DNA of 58,311 bases, counting the filler, from Sphacelaria rigidula (Eukaryota), in assembly GCA_964200075.2 (NCBI GenBank). It is 9 parts of 9 records of this genome, joined end to end, with 100 filler letters (N's around TTAATTAATTAA, not from the genome) between each part and the next. Parts side by side here need not be neighbours in the genome. Positions count along the whole stretch, not along the records: positions 6,492 to 12,881 come from CAXNAA020020362.1; positions 12,982 to 19,371 come from CAXNAA020020363.1; positions 19,472 to 25,861 come from CAXNAA020020364.1; 6 more parts are not named here. One strand, 5' to 3'. Below the pieces are notes generated by a model. That model worked only from the letters and a program-made list of their open reading frames with translations. It had not been told where the DNA came from and searched no databases. Position numbers and translations under genes: made by a program. Positions 11,551 to 23,738 of the stretch are shown piece by piece (the first letter of the stretch is position 1; every line of letters starts with the position of its first letter).

Positions 11551-12981
11551 CATCGCAACAAGTGTCTAAAATGCCCCCATTGTCTGCCGAGGCCCTCCAG
11601 AAGTAACCAGTAGTCAATAGTGTAGCACACTCGCTTGTACAGTCGCCGTCTTCCCGAACAGCTGTGGTTGTTGCCTATTAGGATACCCGGGGCTGTTTTT
11701 TTAGTTGACCCTCGCTTGGTGGCCATGCTAATTCCCTTGTATCGTCTTTTTTTTGGTATTTTCTTTCTCTTGTCTTTCGGTGTGTTTTTGTAATCACATC
11801 TAATTTTTTTCTGTCCCTCGTTTCTCCCGTTGAACTCGGGTAAGCTACTTTTCACATATTTTCTTGGCTTCACTCTTCTTATTTTCGTTTTGGTAATATC
11901 TCAGTTGCTGGCGTTTGTCTTTGTAATTAGTGTAGAGCCTCAGAAAAAAATGACAAGGAGTCCATGTCTTATAAGGAGTAGCAGGGCCGGTATTGGAACG
12001 ACGAGCCCACGTCTGTGACGACGGGTTCGACAGATTGGACTAGTGTGGGGAAATAATAATGATGACAACCCGTCTGGTTGAAGAGTCCTTGACAAGTGCG
12101 CGTGCATTAACGCATTGTCTGTAGCCTTTTCAGAACCGATGCCAGCTCGGATGAAACCGTTTCTCTGTGATTCATTGATTGGTCGTGCATGCTCGAGTGG
12201 TCCAGCCGTGGTCGCAAGATGGACGAAAGCACTCAACAGGCAACCCGAGGTACACCTTCTGTAACCAGATGTCCACCTTCGTCAGCGGCAAGGTAAGATC
12301 GCATAATATCGGCGCAAACATGACAAGCTCATGGCAACGTTCGGTCGTGCCACCTCGACGCTAAGATTACAAGGTCATATTGCGCGTCATCTCTGTAACG
12401 TATGCCCACTGCCGCTTGTGCGTCATGTCAGGGATCGGTTTCAGCCGGAGTTGGCAATAATTGGTCGCCCTAACGCAAATTACAAGCTGATATTGTTCGT
12501 GAAGCTGACAACGTGGTAAGGCCGCAGGCTGCCCATTGCAGTTGGAAGTATTGCGGACAACACCTCGCCACTGGGTTTGCTTCACTATGACTGAAATTAT
12601 TATTTTCAGCGTGAAAAATGGTGTTGTCTTGGGCCTTTCCTGATGTCACATTGATTTCTTGCGACAGAAACCTTGTGACAGAAAAATTTCATTTTTTCAC
12701 AGTATCGCAGGTAGTACAGAGTATTGCACTGAACACAATACAGAAGTCCAACAGTGTTAGTAGACCGTTTTAGAAGCTACTGTGCATACAGGTATCGGAA
12801 GCACTGTTGGCACTTTTTACGATAGCCCCCCCCCAAAAAAGTGCACGGTTTCGGGAGGCAAAATCTTGACGTAAATCGAAANNNNNNNNNNNNNNNNNNN
12901 NNNNNNNNNNNNNNNNNNNNNNNNNTTAATTAATTAANNNNNNNNNNNNNNNNNNNNNNNNNNNNNNNNNNNNNNNNNNNN

Positions 12982-13275
12982 GAGGAAGTGCATAAGCCGT
13001 GGCTGTCTCTGGAAGTGGCGATACTAGAAAATAAAGCAACTCATTGTAGGCTGTCATCCAAATGCCAGAAAATCACTACGCTACGGGCCGAACAATCTTG
13101 GAAGGATGCAGATCACTCTTCACGCGACTCGCCCAACACATCACGCCGATTCGCTCTCGGTGATCGATTGCGAGCCTGGTCCGGCGAAAACTCGGCGTGT
13201 AACGTCTCGGCTTTGTAGGGATGCGAGCGGGATCAATGGTCTCATGACCATAACATGCAAGATTATGAATACACC
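12982..13275 (-). repeat. Unclassified ~300-bp interspersed repeat, family A
   Basis: Reverse complement of GGGTGTACTCATGATCATGCATGCC...CCAGAGACAGCCACGG; abuts a C-rich tract. Confidence 0.85.
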
Positions 13276-13437
13276 TCTCCCCTCTTCCCTCCTCCCCCTC
13301 CCCCTCCCGCCTGCTCCGTCTCCAAAGGGATGAGTAGTCAGTAGTCAAACAACTAAGGCAAGCAACAAATGAGTAATCCTCCACCCTCCCCCCGCCACAC
13401 AAGCACAAATAGAACATAAACACACACACAAGCTCAC

Positions 13438-13657
13438 CCTCTCAGCCCCCGAGCCTTCCCCTACCGCTCCTTCATCCGACGAACCCTTCTTCTTCACCTC
13501 GTCTCCCGCTCCGCCCCACAACTCCAGGAGGGCCTTAAGGCACGCCCTAGCTAGGCCTGGAAATGGCACGAGGAAGGGCGTGTAGTGCTCCAACCGAGAG
13601 AGCAGGAACGCTAGGAGGGCTCGATCCTTGAGCTCCTCTAGTACGTGCAAGAAAGAC
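13438..13657 (-). CDS. NOC2: Nucleolar complex protein 2 (Noc2 domain), internal exon
   Basis: Splice sites are cag|G TCT TTC ... GAG AGG|gtgagc. The peptide SFLHVLEELKDRALLAFLLSRLEHYTPFLVPFPGLARACLKALLELWG matches the Noc2 pattern LHVLxxxTDxxMxxFxLxxLxxxxxFLxxFPxLxRxxxKxxLxxWG. It is phase-compatible with exon 16937-17571. Confidence 0.82.
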
Positions 13658-14172
13658 CTGCACGGGAAAAACGTCGGTGGAAGGCGGGCGCGGGGGTACG
13701 GAAGTGTTGTTGTGCAGCTCTTGCCCATTTTGAGCGCTAAAGGCCTCGTTCTCAAAATTCGACAGATAGACCTCATGGGTGTTGGAGGATGACCACTCTA
13801 GGCGTTAGGTTGAATAGATCGCGAGCTCTACCTTCGTCATATCAATTAGGAACATGCTAGGGTGCACGCTAGAGCGGGAAAATCCACTAGAATTTTTCTT
13901 GTCAACGTGTGTTTACAACGCAGACGCCGATCGAGGTTTGTCTCTCTTTCTCCCCCCCTCCTCCGCCTCCCCTTCCAGGGTTGGCGTCGGTTGGCAACTG
14001 TTGAACACGACACTCACCGCGTAAGCTAGGCAACCAGGTTACGTTATATATTTTTTGCTCGCTTGCGTTTTGATGCGGAAGCGATGGTGGAGATGAAGCT
14101 AGATCATACTGTGCGGGGTGGAGAACTTCAACTTCGTGCAAAGGGGATGATCATACCACGTAGTGCTTATAT

Positions 14173-14469
14173 GGTGAGACACACACGAGAGAGGGTATAA
14201 CCCGCGGCTGTCTCTGGAAGTGGTAATGCCATAAAACGAAGCAACTCATTGGAGGCTGTCATTCACATACAAGATAATCAGTACACTTCGAGCCCAACAA
14301 TCTTAGCAGGACGCGTTATCCTTCGTACAACTCGCCGAACACACCACGGCGCTTTGCGCTTGGTGATCGATTTCGAGCCTGGTCCTGCGAACACCTGGCT
14401 CCGTCCGGCTTTGTGGGGATGCGGAGTCAATGGTCTTATGACTATGGCATGCATGATCATGAGTACACC
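14173..14469 (-). repeat. Family A repeat, full-length copy in the NOC2 intron
   Basis: GGTGAGACAC...GCATGATCATGAGTACACC aligns to the 15136 and 18982 copies. Confidence 0.88.
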
Positions 14470-15135
14470 TCCGTGGGAAAAAATAAGTCAGGAACGAGCT
14501 ACTGGCGCATGAGTTTCTGAACAGTCAAGCAATGAAGCAGTTCAAGACCTGTCTAGGCGGGCACTTCATCATTCGACTGAATACACGGAACTTATGTCCC
14601 ACGGGAGAGTTTGAGGACAGAGCGGCGACGACAGGGACAGAAGTCTCTTCAACACAGCGAGTATATATTTATATATATCGCCTACACTATTTTTGCAGAA
14701 GGAAGTACCAGTACCTCAGACGCGAAATTTTCGAACGAAGATTCGAATAAGCAGCCGATCTGATGAAACAACTCATCTCCAGGGGAGAGGAGGCGGGAGG
14801 GGCCGCGTAATCATTCGTTGCTTGCCCAAGTCATTTGACCATTGATGATGTATACCTTTCGATACGGAGCGCCGTTCCTACTCCTAGCCGAGACGCCTTC
14901 AATTGGGTGCTGATTACTATTTTTCCATACATTATACAACAAAACCTTCTACAATGATATCCCCCTCCCGTTTCGCCGTCTGTGGCTACTGTGTATGTCT
15001 CCTAGTATAGCTATCGTTTTTTTCCGCTACTATCTAGAATGTACCAAACGATCTCATGTCACATTCATATAAATCCAACATTTCCCCCTCTAACACGCCC
15101 CGGTCTTTCTTGCATAGTTCACATTCTCCCACCAT

Positions 15136-15443
15136 GGGTGTACTCATGATCATGCATGCCGCAGGCAAATGACCAATGGCCTCCCGTCCCTACAAATGCC
15201 GGGGCGGAGCACGCCGGGCTTTCGCCGGACCAGGCTCGCAATCAATCACCAAGCACGAAGCGTCGGTATGTATTCGGCGAGTCGCATGGAGGGTGGGATG
15301 CATATCCTGCTAAGATTGTTCGGCCCGAAGCGTACTGATTATCTTGTATATGAATGACAGACTTCATTGAGTTGCTTCGTTTTCTGGTACCGTCACTCCC
15401 AGAGACAGCCACGACCGACACACTGCATCATGGGTGTCTCACC
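15136..15443 (+). repeat. Family A repeat, full-length copy in the NOC2 intron
   Basis: GGGTGTACTCATGATCATGCATGCC...CATGGGTGTCTCACC, followed by a G-run. Confidence 0.88.
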
Positions 15444-15999
15444 AGGGGGGGGAGGGGCTATGGGGGAGGAAGATGTCAACTTATTAACCACAGAAACGAG
15501 AAACAAGGTGCTCGGTATTGACTGATCGATTGACTACTTGTCACACACCGACGAATCCGCGAAGGTTGCACCCATCATCACCCATGGTCACAACACAGAC
15601 AAAGCCAAGGCAAGCGAAATAGAACCTCGCCAAATGTAGTCTTAGAACAGGAGAAGAGGGTGAAGAAGGAATATTCTACTGTTCATTTCTCTGTACCGTG
15701 AATTTTTCGGGGTCCGATTTTATTTATTCATTTCATTTCCTTACACTCTATTTTGGGTAAGTAGCCTGTGACCACGCAAGGCATACGCATCAGACACAAT
15801 AGTGTTCTTCATTGCTACTTCTGGTCCACCTTCATTATGCGGTGCATGCCTTTATTTTTATCGCGAGAAGGGCAAGGGCTCGGTTGTCCCTTCCCCTCGT
15901 CATTCGTAAAATCAAATTTTGATTACTCACGTTTTTTTCTTCACGTCTTAGTCTACTGTGTTGTTCCGTTCGACTTTTTTCTTCAGCGAGTGTTTCAGT

Positions 16000-16082
16000 T
16001 TCGTTTTTCTTGGGTACGTCCATCATAAGACAACGGCTGGATCCCTGGGGGGTCAGTTAAAGTGCGACAATCAATCAAATAA
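16000..16082 (+). mobile_element. Severely 5'-truncated RTE LINE 3' end; other copies at 24580-24650 (-) and 24680-24760 (-)
   Basis: TTCTTGGGTACGTCCATCATAAGACAACGGCTGGATCCC...TCAGTTAAAGTGCGACAATCAATCAAAT matches the 3' terminus of the RTE at 32610-32700 (-). Confidence 0.7.
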
Positions 16083-16936
16083 AGATAAACAAATCATGGA
16101 AAAATCGCTTTCCACGGTGTGAAATTGCGAGGGAAAGTCCAGTTCGTGTGACTTCCAATGATGTGTTGGGAAGGGTAAATACCCGGGTATTTACTCTCCC
16201 GAATCTTGTGTTGCGATGATCCCATCTCCAACCTCTACCTAGATATTGGGTGGAGTTCTGCACGATCGTAATACTCTACCCAACACCTGGGCATCGTTGA
16301 GTGCGATCTCAATAATTTGCCCGAGCTTGGGTACGCGGCATACGATTTTTTACATCATCCAAATGTAGGGAATTCCTCAAACCAACACGCCCGTGGTGAT
16401 TTCACCGACGATCGAACTTAAACCTGACCGTTGAAAGTTTTTCGAGGTTACCAAATGAACCACCGGGGCGACCGGCTCTGCTGAGACAAAGAAAAAAACG
16501 CCAGATTACGCCGGCGCATTTTTTTTTTCAAGTCCTGCAAATGATTGAAGAAACATTACATCGTTCTCACCGCACACAAGAGTAGTGGCATCTATGATAA
16601 CGCACATCATTCGTCATTCAAGGCAGCTGGCCACGTGCAAAAGAGCAAAAACAACGAACGGACGTACGTACATACATGTTTGTATGAACAACTAATTGTT
16701 CGATTGACTGTCGTACGCCAACTGACCCCAAGTGATCCGGCCGCAAAACCACAGGATAGACTCACACACAAGGGGGAAAAATGGATAGAAACACTCGCCG
16801 AAAAACCGGAGTAAAAACCGGACAAGAACAAAACAGAACAGAAAGCAAACGGAAAGGCAAACGCAAAAAAACTGTCATAATAATAACGACCCTGCATAAC
16901 GGATGTTCCCAACAAAGCAACAAACACGGGTCTCAC

Positions 16937-17571
16937 TTGAAGAAGCTGTACAGCGCTGGTTGCATACCCTTCCACACCGGCAACTGCGCTACCCCCCTAA
17001 AATCCTCCTTTGTCAGCAAGAGCACCCCCGCCCCCGCCCCTTCTCCACCCCTTCCTCCCTTCCCCCGACTCCCCCCCCTCCCTGCCCGCGTCAACGCCCC
17101 AGCTCCAACAGCCTCAAGCACGGGGCCTTTCACCACCCCTTCGGTCCCCGCTCTGCCTCCATCAGGGGCGGGAGGTCGGTCCATCGCTGTCGTCTCAGCC
17201 ATGTTCTCCCCCTTCGTGTCATTGCTATCCTGCCGCTTTTTCTTCTTCGCCCTGCCCGCGGCCTTGCCGCCCTCGGCGTCGTCTTGGCCTTCCGCTTCCT
17301 TCACGTCGGAATCGGCCGTTTCTTGCGGATCCTTGTCGCCACCCTCCGCCTTCCCCGCCGCCGCCGTGGCCCCCTCATCGTCACGCTTCCGTTTAACGGG
17401 AGCAGCGGCAGCGGGGGTGGACTCGGTGGAGGCGGGGCCGTCATTTTTTCTCTTCTTGCTGGACGGTGCACCTGCAGCTGTTGCTGTGGATGATGACGAT
17501 GCTGAGGTACCTTGTTTGTCCGGGAAGAGGAGTTCCATGATGACGGGGTGGAGGCCCTCCAGCGATGATAC
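16937..17571 (-). CDS. NOC2: NOC2 internal exon with a long low-complexity insertion
   Basis: Splice sites are cag|GTA TCA ... TTC TTC AA|gtgaga. Splicing to 13657 gives LPVWKGMQPALYSFFK-SFLHVLEELKD, matching the Noc2 WxKxxxxxKS(Y/F)xxxxLH segment. Confidence 0.75.
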
Positions 17572-18046
17572 CTGCCATTTCGTTATTGTTCATTCGTTTG
17601 CGGGAGTCGTTTCGGCTGGTGTGTCACGTATCTCTTTGTTGTTTCCATTTTCAAACTTTGGTACAGGGAAAAAGAAGCGGAAGGCGGGGGGTGGGAGGCT
17701 TGAATAATATACAAGCAGGAAGAGGAAGGACAGATGAGGAGGAGGGCATATGGTTGATGACATGAAGGACGTGATGTTTTGGTCCTTGACTTTTTATACC
17801 TGTATTTGCCCTATCGAGGTGTATGTGTGTGGAGGGGGGGGGGGGCAGTTTGTCTCAAAACAAAACAAACAAAACAAGAATATACGAACACACACGCAAG
17901 AGGAAGTTAAAAAACATCGTGTTTTGGCGTTGTGGGAAGCTGGCGCGCCCTGCGCTGACCAACAAACAGCTCACCGGGCTGGGAACGAAGGCTGTTTCCA
18001 TTGGTGAAAATAGTCGGTGACGGGCAGGTGTGGTGGGGGCGGGTAG

Positions 18047-18047
<1 letters not shown>

Positions 18048-18083
<36 letters not shown>

Positions 18084-18428
18084 GTCATCCCAGCTATTCT
18101 GACACCAGTCTACACTTTTCGGTATATGCGGGCGGACCAGCCGGGGTCACACAGCAGTGAGGCCAGCACAGGAGTTTTGTGTTCTGAATGAGTACTCTAC
18201 CTTCCTTTTGCGATACTAGCCTTTCTTTCATCGCGTGAGGGGTTCAGCTGTCCCTTTCCCTCGTCGAACGTGAGGTCGAAATTCGTTCACCCACGACAAA
18301 GTCGCTCTCCACTTTAGGGCATGGTGTCAGAAAAAATCCCAGATCGTTTGAGTTTATCGAGATTCGGACCAACGACCTACCCGTCAAAATGTTTCGAGGT
18401 TACCAACTGAGCCACCGGGGCGACCGGC
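18048..18428 (-). mobile_element. tRNA-derived SINE, family 1, with a (CA)n tail; an interrupted, degenerate copy spans ~15770-16477
   Basis: The minus-strand head GCCCCGGTGGCTCAGTTGGTAA...GGTCCGAATCTC carries a Pol III A-box (18403-18414) and B-box (18360-18370). The element ends GGGATGACAAC(AC)n at 18048-18090. The head is repeated at 16440-16477. Confidence 0.75.
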
Positions 18429-18829
18429 TTTTTCGTGGCAGGCAATGACAAAAAAAGGCAAGACCTGATGCAGGTATTTACTGTTCTGGGGTGCCGTCAA
18501 TTGACACTTGACCGACCACGAGGGACGTCGGCCTTGGCGGCATTAGCGAAGAGCCAATTTGCGGCTCTCTAGCGCACCAGATCTGACATCTCAAGGCAAG
18601 AGAAAATAACAAAACGCCTTGTCTGTGCCGCACCAAAAGGCTCCGGCACAAGTCACCACCAAGCGAATGGGAACTTGAAACACACGTAGGACTTCGGCAA
18701 AACTTGCAGAATGTGGCTGCCTATCAATCAAGGAAGAGTCGATGACATGAAGTATCTGCAGCCTAGTGAACCGGACTTCACTATACACCTATTTCGCGTG
18801 TATATGTATACTGGAGGGGGGGAGGGGGG

Positions 18830-19272
18830 GTTGTACTCATAATCTTGCACGCCACAGTCATACGACCGTTAACCCCGCATCCCTATGAAGCCGGGACGGG
18901 GCACGCCGTGTTTCCGCCGGACCAGGCTTACAATCGATCACCAAGCGCGAAGCGCCGTGATGTTCTCGAGGGGCGAGGGGGGGGTGTACTCATGATCATG
19001 CATGCCATAGTCATCAGACCATTGACCTCGCATCCCTACAACGCCGGGACGGAGCATCGCCTGACCAGGCTTGCACTCGAACCACCAAGCGCGAAGCGCT
19101 GTGGTGCGTTCGGCGAGTCGCATGAAGGGTGAGCTGCATCCTGCTGAGAGTGTTTGGCCCGACGCCTATTGATTATCTTCCATTTGGATGACGGCCAACA
19201 ATGAGTTGCTTTATTCTGTAGTATCGCCACTTCCAGAGACATCCACGGCTTTTACACTGCCTCATGGGTGTC
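18830..19272 (+). repeat. Family A repeats: truncated copy 18830-18965 plus full copy 18982-19272, each preceded by G-runs. Further partial copies at 32280-32351, 45605-45706 and 51756-51821.
   Basis: Direct alignment to 15136-15443. Confidence 0.88.
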
Positions 19273-19654
19273 TAAACAGGGGGGGGGGGGGGGGGGGGTT
19301 TTCGTGAACAATGATTTACTTTTTTTTTTTTTTGTGGGAAAGGAGGCGATCTTTTTGCAAAAACATCCCTCNNNNNNNNNNNNNNNNNNNNNNNNNNNNN
19401 NNNNNNNNNNNNNNNTTAATTAATTAANNNNNNNNNNNNNNNNNNNNNNNNNNNNNNNNNNNNNNNNNNNNATGAGAACGCCCCCTCCCCCCCTCCCCCC
19501 GCCCCCGATGTGCTGTGTGGTCAGGTGGTGTTGCTCTTGTTACGCCTCGTCTATTCATTCAAATGACTGTCCCTCAAACATCTGCGTACGGCGGGGCGTA
19601 CCTTGCCGGTGAAAACCCGACGTGGAATACTCTAGCATGATGATAATGTGGGGT

Positions 19655-19689
<35 letters not shown>

Positions 19690-19713
19690 CGACAACAACG
19701 ACAACAACAACGA

Positions 19714-19744
<31 letters not shown>

Positions 19745-19747
19745 AAC
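19655..19747 (+). repeat. (AAC)n/(GAC)n compound microsatellite. Other SSRs: (GT)n 18048-18081, (AT)n 20518-20549, (CT)n 24033-24066, (TTCC)n 31118-31162.
   Basis: Directly visible simple repeats. Confidence 0.95.
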
Positions 19748-20302
19748 ATCACCACCACTACCAGCAACAACTCTAGAACACTGAGTAATAGTGGCAGTCG
19801 ATACCATGAGTACCCGACGTACCTAGCACGTACACTGAGTACTTCGGGTACCACGTCGGGTATTTCGGAGGACGAGTGCCCAAGAGACCCTAAGGTACTT
19901 CGTACGTTCGGCACTCGTCACCCCTGGATGGAGGACTCAATAATTTTTTTTTTTCTCTTTGAGAGTCTGGTTTTCGTCAACGAAACATTACGACGTGAGC
20001 AGCAAGAGAAAAATTGACGAGAGTTGACACGGCGTGGGACTACTGGTCCAATTTCCGACACCAACTTGTCAGGCATGTTTCGAAGGAGATACGGGTTGGT
20101 CCCTTGGGACTACATACTGTACTTGCTCGGAGGACGGGGAAGGGAGAGAGTTCAACCTATGACGAAAAATAATAAAAAAGGGGGGAGGGATAAAGAGGGG
20201 TCTATTCACTAGGGAAGAGTTCGAGAAAGCTTTCCCCCAGGCAGGGTGGGAGCTGCTGGAACAGCTGCGCGACAGCAGGGATATTTCCATGAACGTTCGT
20301 GC

Positions 20303-20515
20303 CTGGTATCCATTGTGGGCCCTCATCAATCCTAACCCGGAAGTAGACGACCCCCCTCGCAAGTCCCATACTACCACCTCGCCGTTTAGAGAGCCCGTTG
20401 CCGCCACCTGGCGCGTGTGAGCGAGGCAGAAGGGTGACCAGCAGACATGTTAAGCTCGAACTATTGCAATATAATCATATTCTCGCCCCGACACCCAGCG
20501 TTTGCTTTAGTATGA

Positions 20516-20551
<36 letters not shown>

Positions 20552-22080
20552 GTATCCAAAGAGGAAGTAACACAGCTGCAGTGTGAGATGTTGCCAATAT
20601 CATCCCCCAACAAATATGTGCAGCAACTGTGATACCGCATGCGCATGGTACCCCCCCATTTAAAACCCAGGCTGTGAGAAGTATGGCGCCTGCGCTGCTA
20701 AGCGTGGACATGAACTTAAACACGGGTAACACAGCGTTTTGTTGCCAATAAGGTATCACACGATACCAAGTTACCCCCGCCATTGCACAAGACACTTAAC
20801 GGTTGCTGAACGTACCTGTAACCACTGGCTGACGGCGATGCACGTGATGTGGCTACCGCAGTCGCTGGGTTCCTTTACCGCGGCAGCGCTCTGTTTTCCT
20901 CTTCCGCCCCCCCCCGTCCTCATATCTTGCCGCGGAGTGTCTCCAGCCCTGTTGTCGCTAGCAGCCGCACCTTTTCCTGGAGCAGTCGACTTGTTACCCC
21001 CATTCCATCTCGTTTGCTGTTGCTGTTGATGTTGTTGCCGTCGCGCGGGGTCGAGTGGAGACGACTTCCCGCCACCTGTCCCACGATGCATGGCGGTGGC
21101 GATGTTCCGGCCAAACGAGGAGCGCCGAGATTGGCCATCGGGAGGGGGATGAGCGCGGCGTGTACAGCGCTTTTGTGGCGAAGGCGAGCCATTAACCTGT
21201 ATTTCCAAGGCAAACGAGTCGTCGGGGGGTAATGGATATTTCGTGGATTTGTATAACGGCAACTGGGGGATGCAGGCGATATTTGGCGTTCGCCTGCTGC
21301 TACAACCCTCAGGAAACGCAACGTCACGTAGGGGTTAGTGGCTGGTGGACGAGGTGGCGGTTCTTGTCGAGAGGCGGGTGGCACCCATGGTGGGGCGTGC
21401 AGGGTGTTCTAGCTCCGTAGTGCTCGGTAGTGATGTCAGTACGGGGCCTAAAAAAGATGGACAACACCAGTGTCGCTTTGGGTATCCGATCGAAGACGTT
21501 GAGGTGACACTGTGAAGACACACGACTGAATGAACGCGCACAAGTAGCAGGGAATTGGCCACCCTGCACGAAACCGCATGTCTAATACTTCAAGGTTTGA
21601 CGGAAAGCAGTGATCGCGAGTCAATTTCGCTCAACGAAAATCTTCTACCCGGAGGAAAACGTTCACCAGCTGCTGCTCTTTATGTCGACAAGGCGACAAG
21701 ACAGCAACGGTAAATGGCGCTCATTGCAACAAACCCTCGGCTCACCTCTGTTGTCCCTCCAGCAGGTCTGACCTCGTCTCGCTTGTCCTCAACACTCGCA
21801 CCACCGCCTATGCTACTAGCTGGCAACAAAGCCACTCTACAGCGGGGGCTGCCAACAGATCGAGTGATACCCTTCCCTTCGCCGCCGCCACCTTTTGTGC
21901 CGCCCTTACCGATTTCCCTACCCACGGGAGCCTTAGGATCGCGGGTTGCGGCGCCTCGGTCTGTCCGCACGGTTCCCGGAGAAGGAGGACCGGTGGGCCG
22001 CGGCGGACTTTCCGCACTGCCGGTTTCTTTGCAGTCTTTGGATACCACTGTGTGGGGCCGTGTTATGGCCGCTGCCCGTC
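20303..22080 (-). CDS. WD40-repeat protein fragment; exons ~21746-22080, 20816-21196 and ~20303-20407
   Basis: Canonical cag/gt sites are phase-compatible. Splicing 20816 to 20407 creates a complete WD blade, SHITCIAVSQWLQ-VAATGSLNGEVVVWDL, followed by MRAH. The end of the last exon is uncertain (possible GC donor). Confidence 0.65.
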
Positions 22081-23738
22081 CTGGAAATGCGCGACATCAA
22101 ACAAAAAACAGAAGAGAGATCTCAGATCGTTAATTGTACATGTTCGGCGACAGACGGCGTAGTTTCCACCTTCCAGGGGTACTTAAAAGAACTATTTGAT
22201 GCTGTGAGTAATGTCAAAACCGGTTGCGGATTATATGTGCTAGTAGTACCCCACCCCCTCCGCCCTCCTCCACTCCGAGAATCAGTCGAGCAGTCGGTAT
22301 GTATTAAAGGAAACGTCTGTGGTAGCCCCTAGTACGGTGAGGATAGCGCTGAATACTTTCATTTCAAGCACCTGTGCACTAGATTTTTCTCGTGCCTTTT
22401 GTTCGAAAAAAGACTGATCCAGATATAGCTCGCGTGGATTGCGCAGAGTTTCATCAACTCATGAACTGGAAACACATCTGTATGAGTGGAGTCGACGATT
22501 GACACCACAAGCACTGATGTCTTGTTCGGGGCATCACTAGAGGTCACTCTTTTTGCATAATTCTCGTCAAACGTCAAACCTCGACGGTTTTTACAGCCAA
22601 AACCCCCCACTTTTGCAACCCCACAGGATCCCAAAAGGCGTCAAATATTTGCATTTGACCCAATGTATTGCAACCCTCTTGTTTTTTTGGGATGCATAAG
22701 TGTGTGCATATGTGTGTGTGTGGGGGGGGGGGGATGGCTCTAAAAAATTGCGAGATTCGACATTTGACGAGATGTACACGAAATAAGTGCCTGACAGGTT
22801 TGGCCATGCCAACCGGATTGTGTCGACTACTGAGATGCACAGAGTCTACTCCGAATCCTGCGACAACAGTACAACCTCGGCAGCGAAGAAGCCCCAAGGA
22901 AGATTCTGCCGGCCGGCCGGCCGGCCGTAGCCGGGAGAGTAAAAGACATATCGGTGCCTTATCACTTGTCACATTCTGCGGTACACTTATTATACGTACG
23001 GGGCGCTCGACTTGCGTTCATCAGCTCAGCAGGAGACTACATGAAGGGGTAGTTGTCCATCCATCGGTGGAGGCAGGGGAAGTACGGGAAGTACTTTTTA
23101 TCTTGATTCCTTTACCGCGAGGGTAGTCCATCTTGGTTATTCATACTTTTTCTTGAAGAGAAATTGACACCGATTCAACAAATGAGCTATTGAATAGTCT
23201 CGCCGTCAAAGGGTTAGGACACTCGATTTCAGTACAACCTTTGGAATTTCCGCCCATATTTCCGTTGTCCCGTAATTTTCGCGGACACGTCGAGACCACG
23301 GGTGACCATTCCCCGTCAGCGCCAAGGTCTTGAGGTGTTTTGTGGTTAAATACCCAAACAAATTTAGATCTTCAAAGGCGTCGTATGCGTGCTGCATGGA
23401 GACTTCCGGCGTCCGCAAATTTCGTGCATCTACTGTCGCCAGGAATTTCCCGTATCGGCCTCTTCTACATTTTGGGGTAGAAATCAAGTATCACGTGACG
23501 CATTGCAACAATCATCACACACGTACTCAGCGGGCGTACAGGTGTAACATCGCCCTGCCAACATACGGCGTGTACGGGCGACGGATGCCGCAATGCCCCT
23601 TCCGAGTGCACGGGGGCGACGGAAATGTCCTCCCAGCGCCATCTCTCGATTTATATCGCTACCTGCTGGCGTGATACCGACGACAAGAGGGTACAGTATG
23701 TCTATCAGCTAGACCTTTGCCGAAACTTCCAGATAACA

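Noticed and set aside
14755..14780. Hammerhead ribozyme core (CTGATGA..GAAA) that would make the repeats retrozymes
   Set aside because: No supporting helices could be formed, and the motif is not part of the repeat consensus.
15136..15200. Family A start as an 18S or 5S rRNA fragment
   Set aside because: It shares only short words (TAGTCAT, CATGCATG) without colinear similarity.
19555..20017. Poly-Asn / poly-Val / poly-Leu ORFs
   Set aside because: They are translations of the (AAC/GAC)n microsatellite.
22790..22910. Further upstream exon of the WD40 gene
   Set aside because: An acceptor-like cag is present, but no unambiguous frame and donor combination could be chosen.
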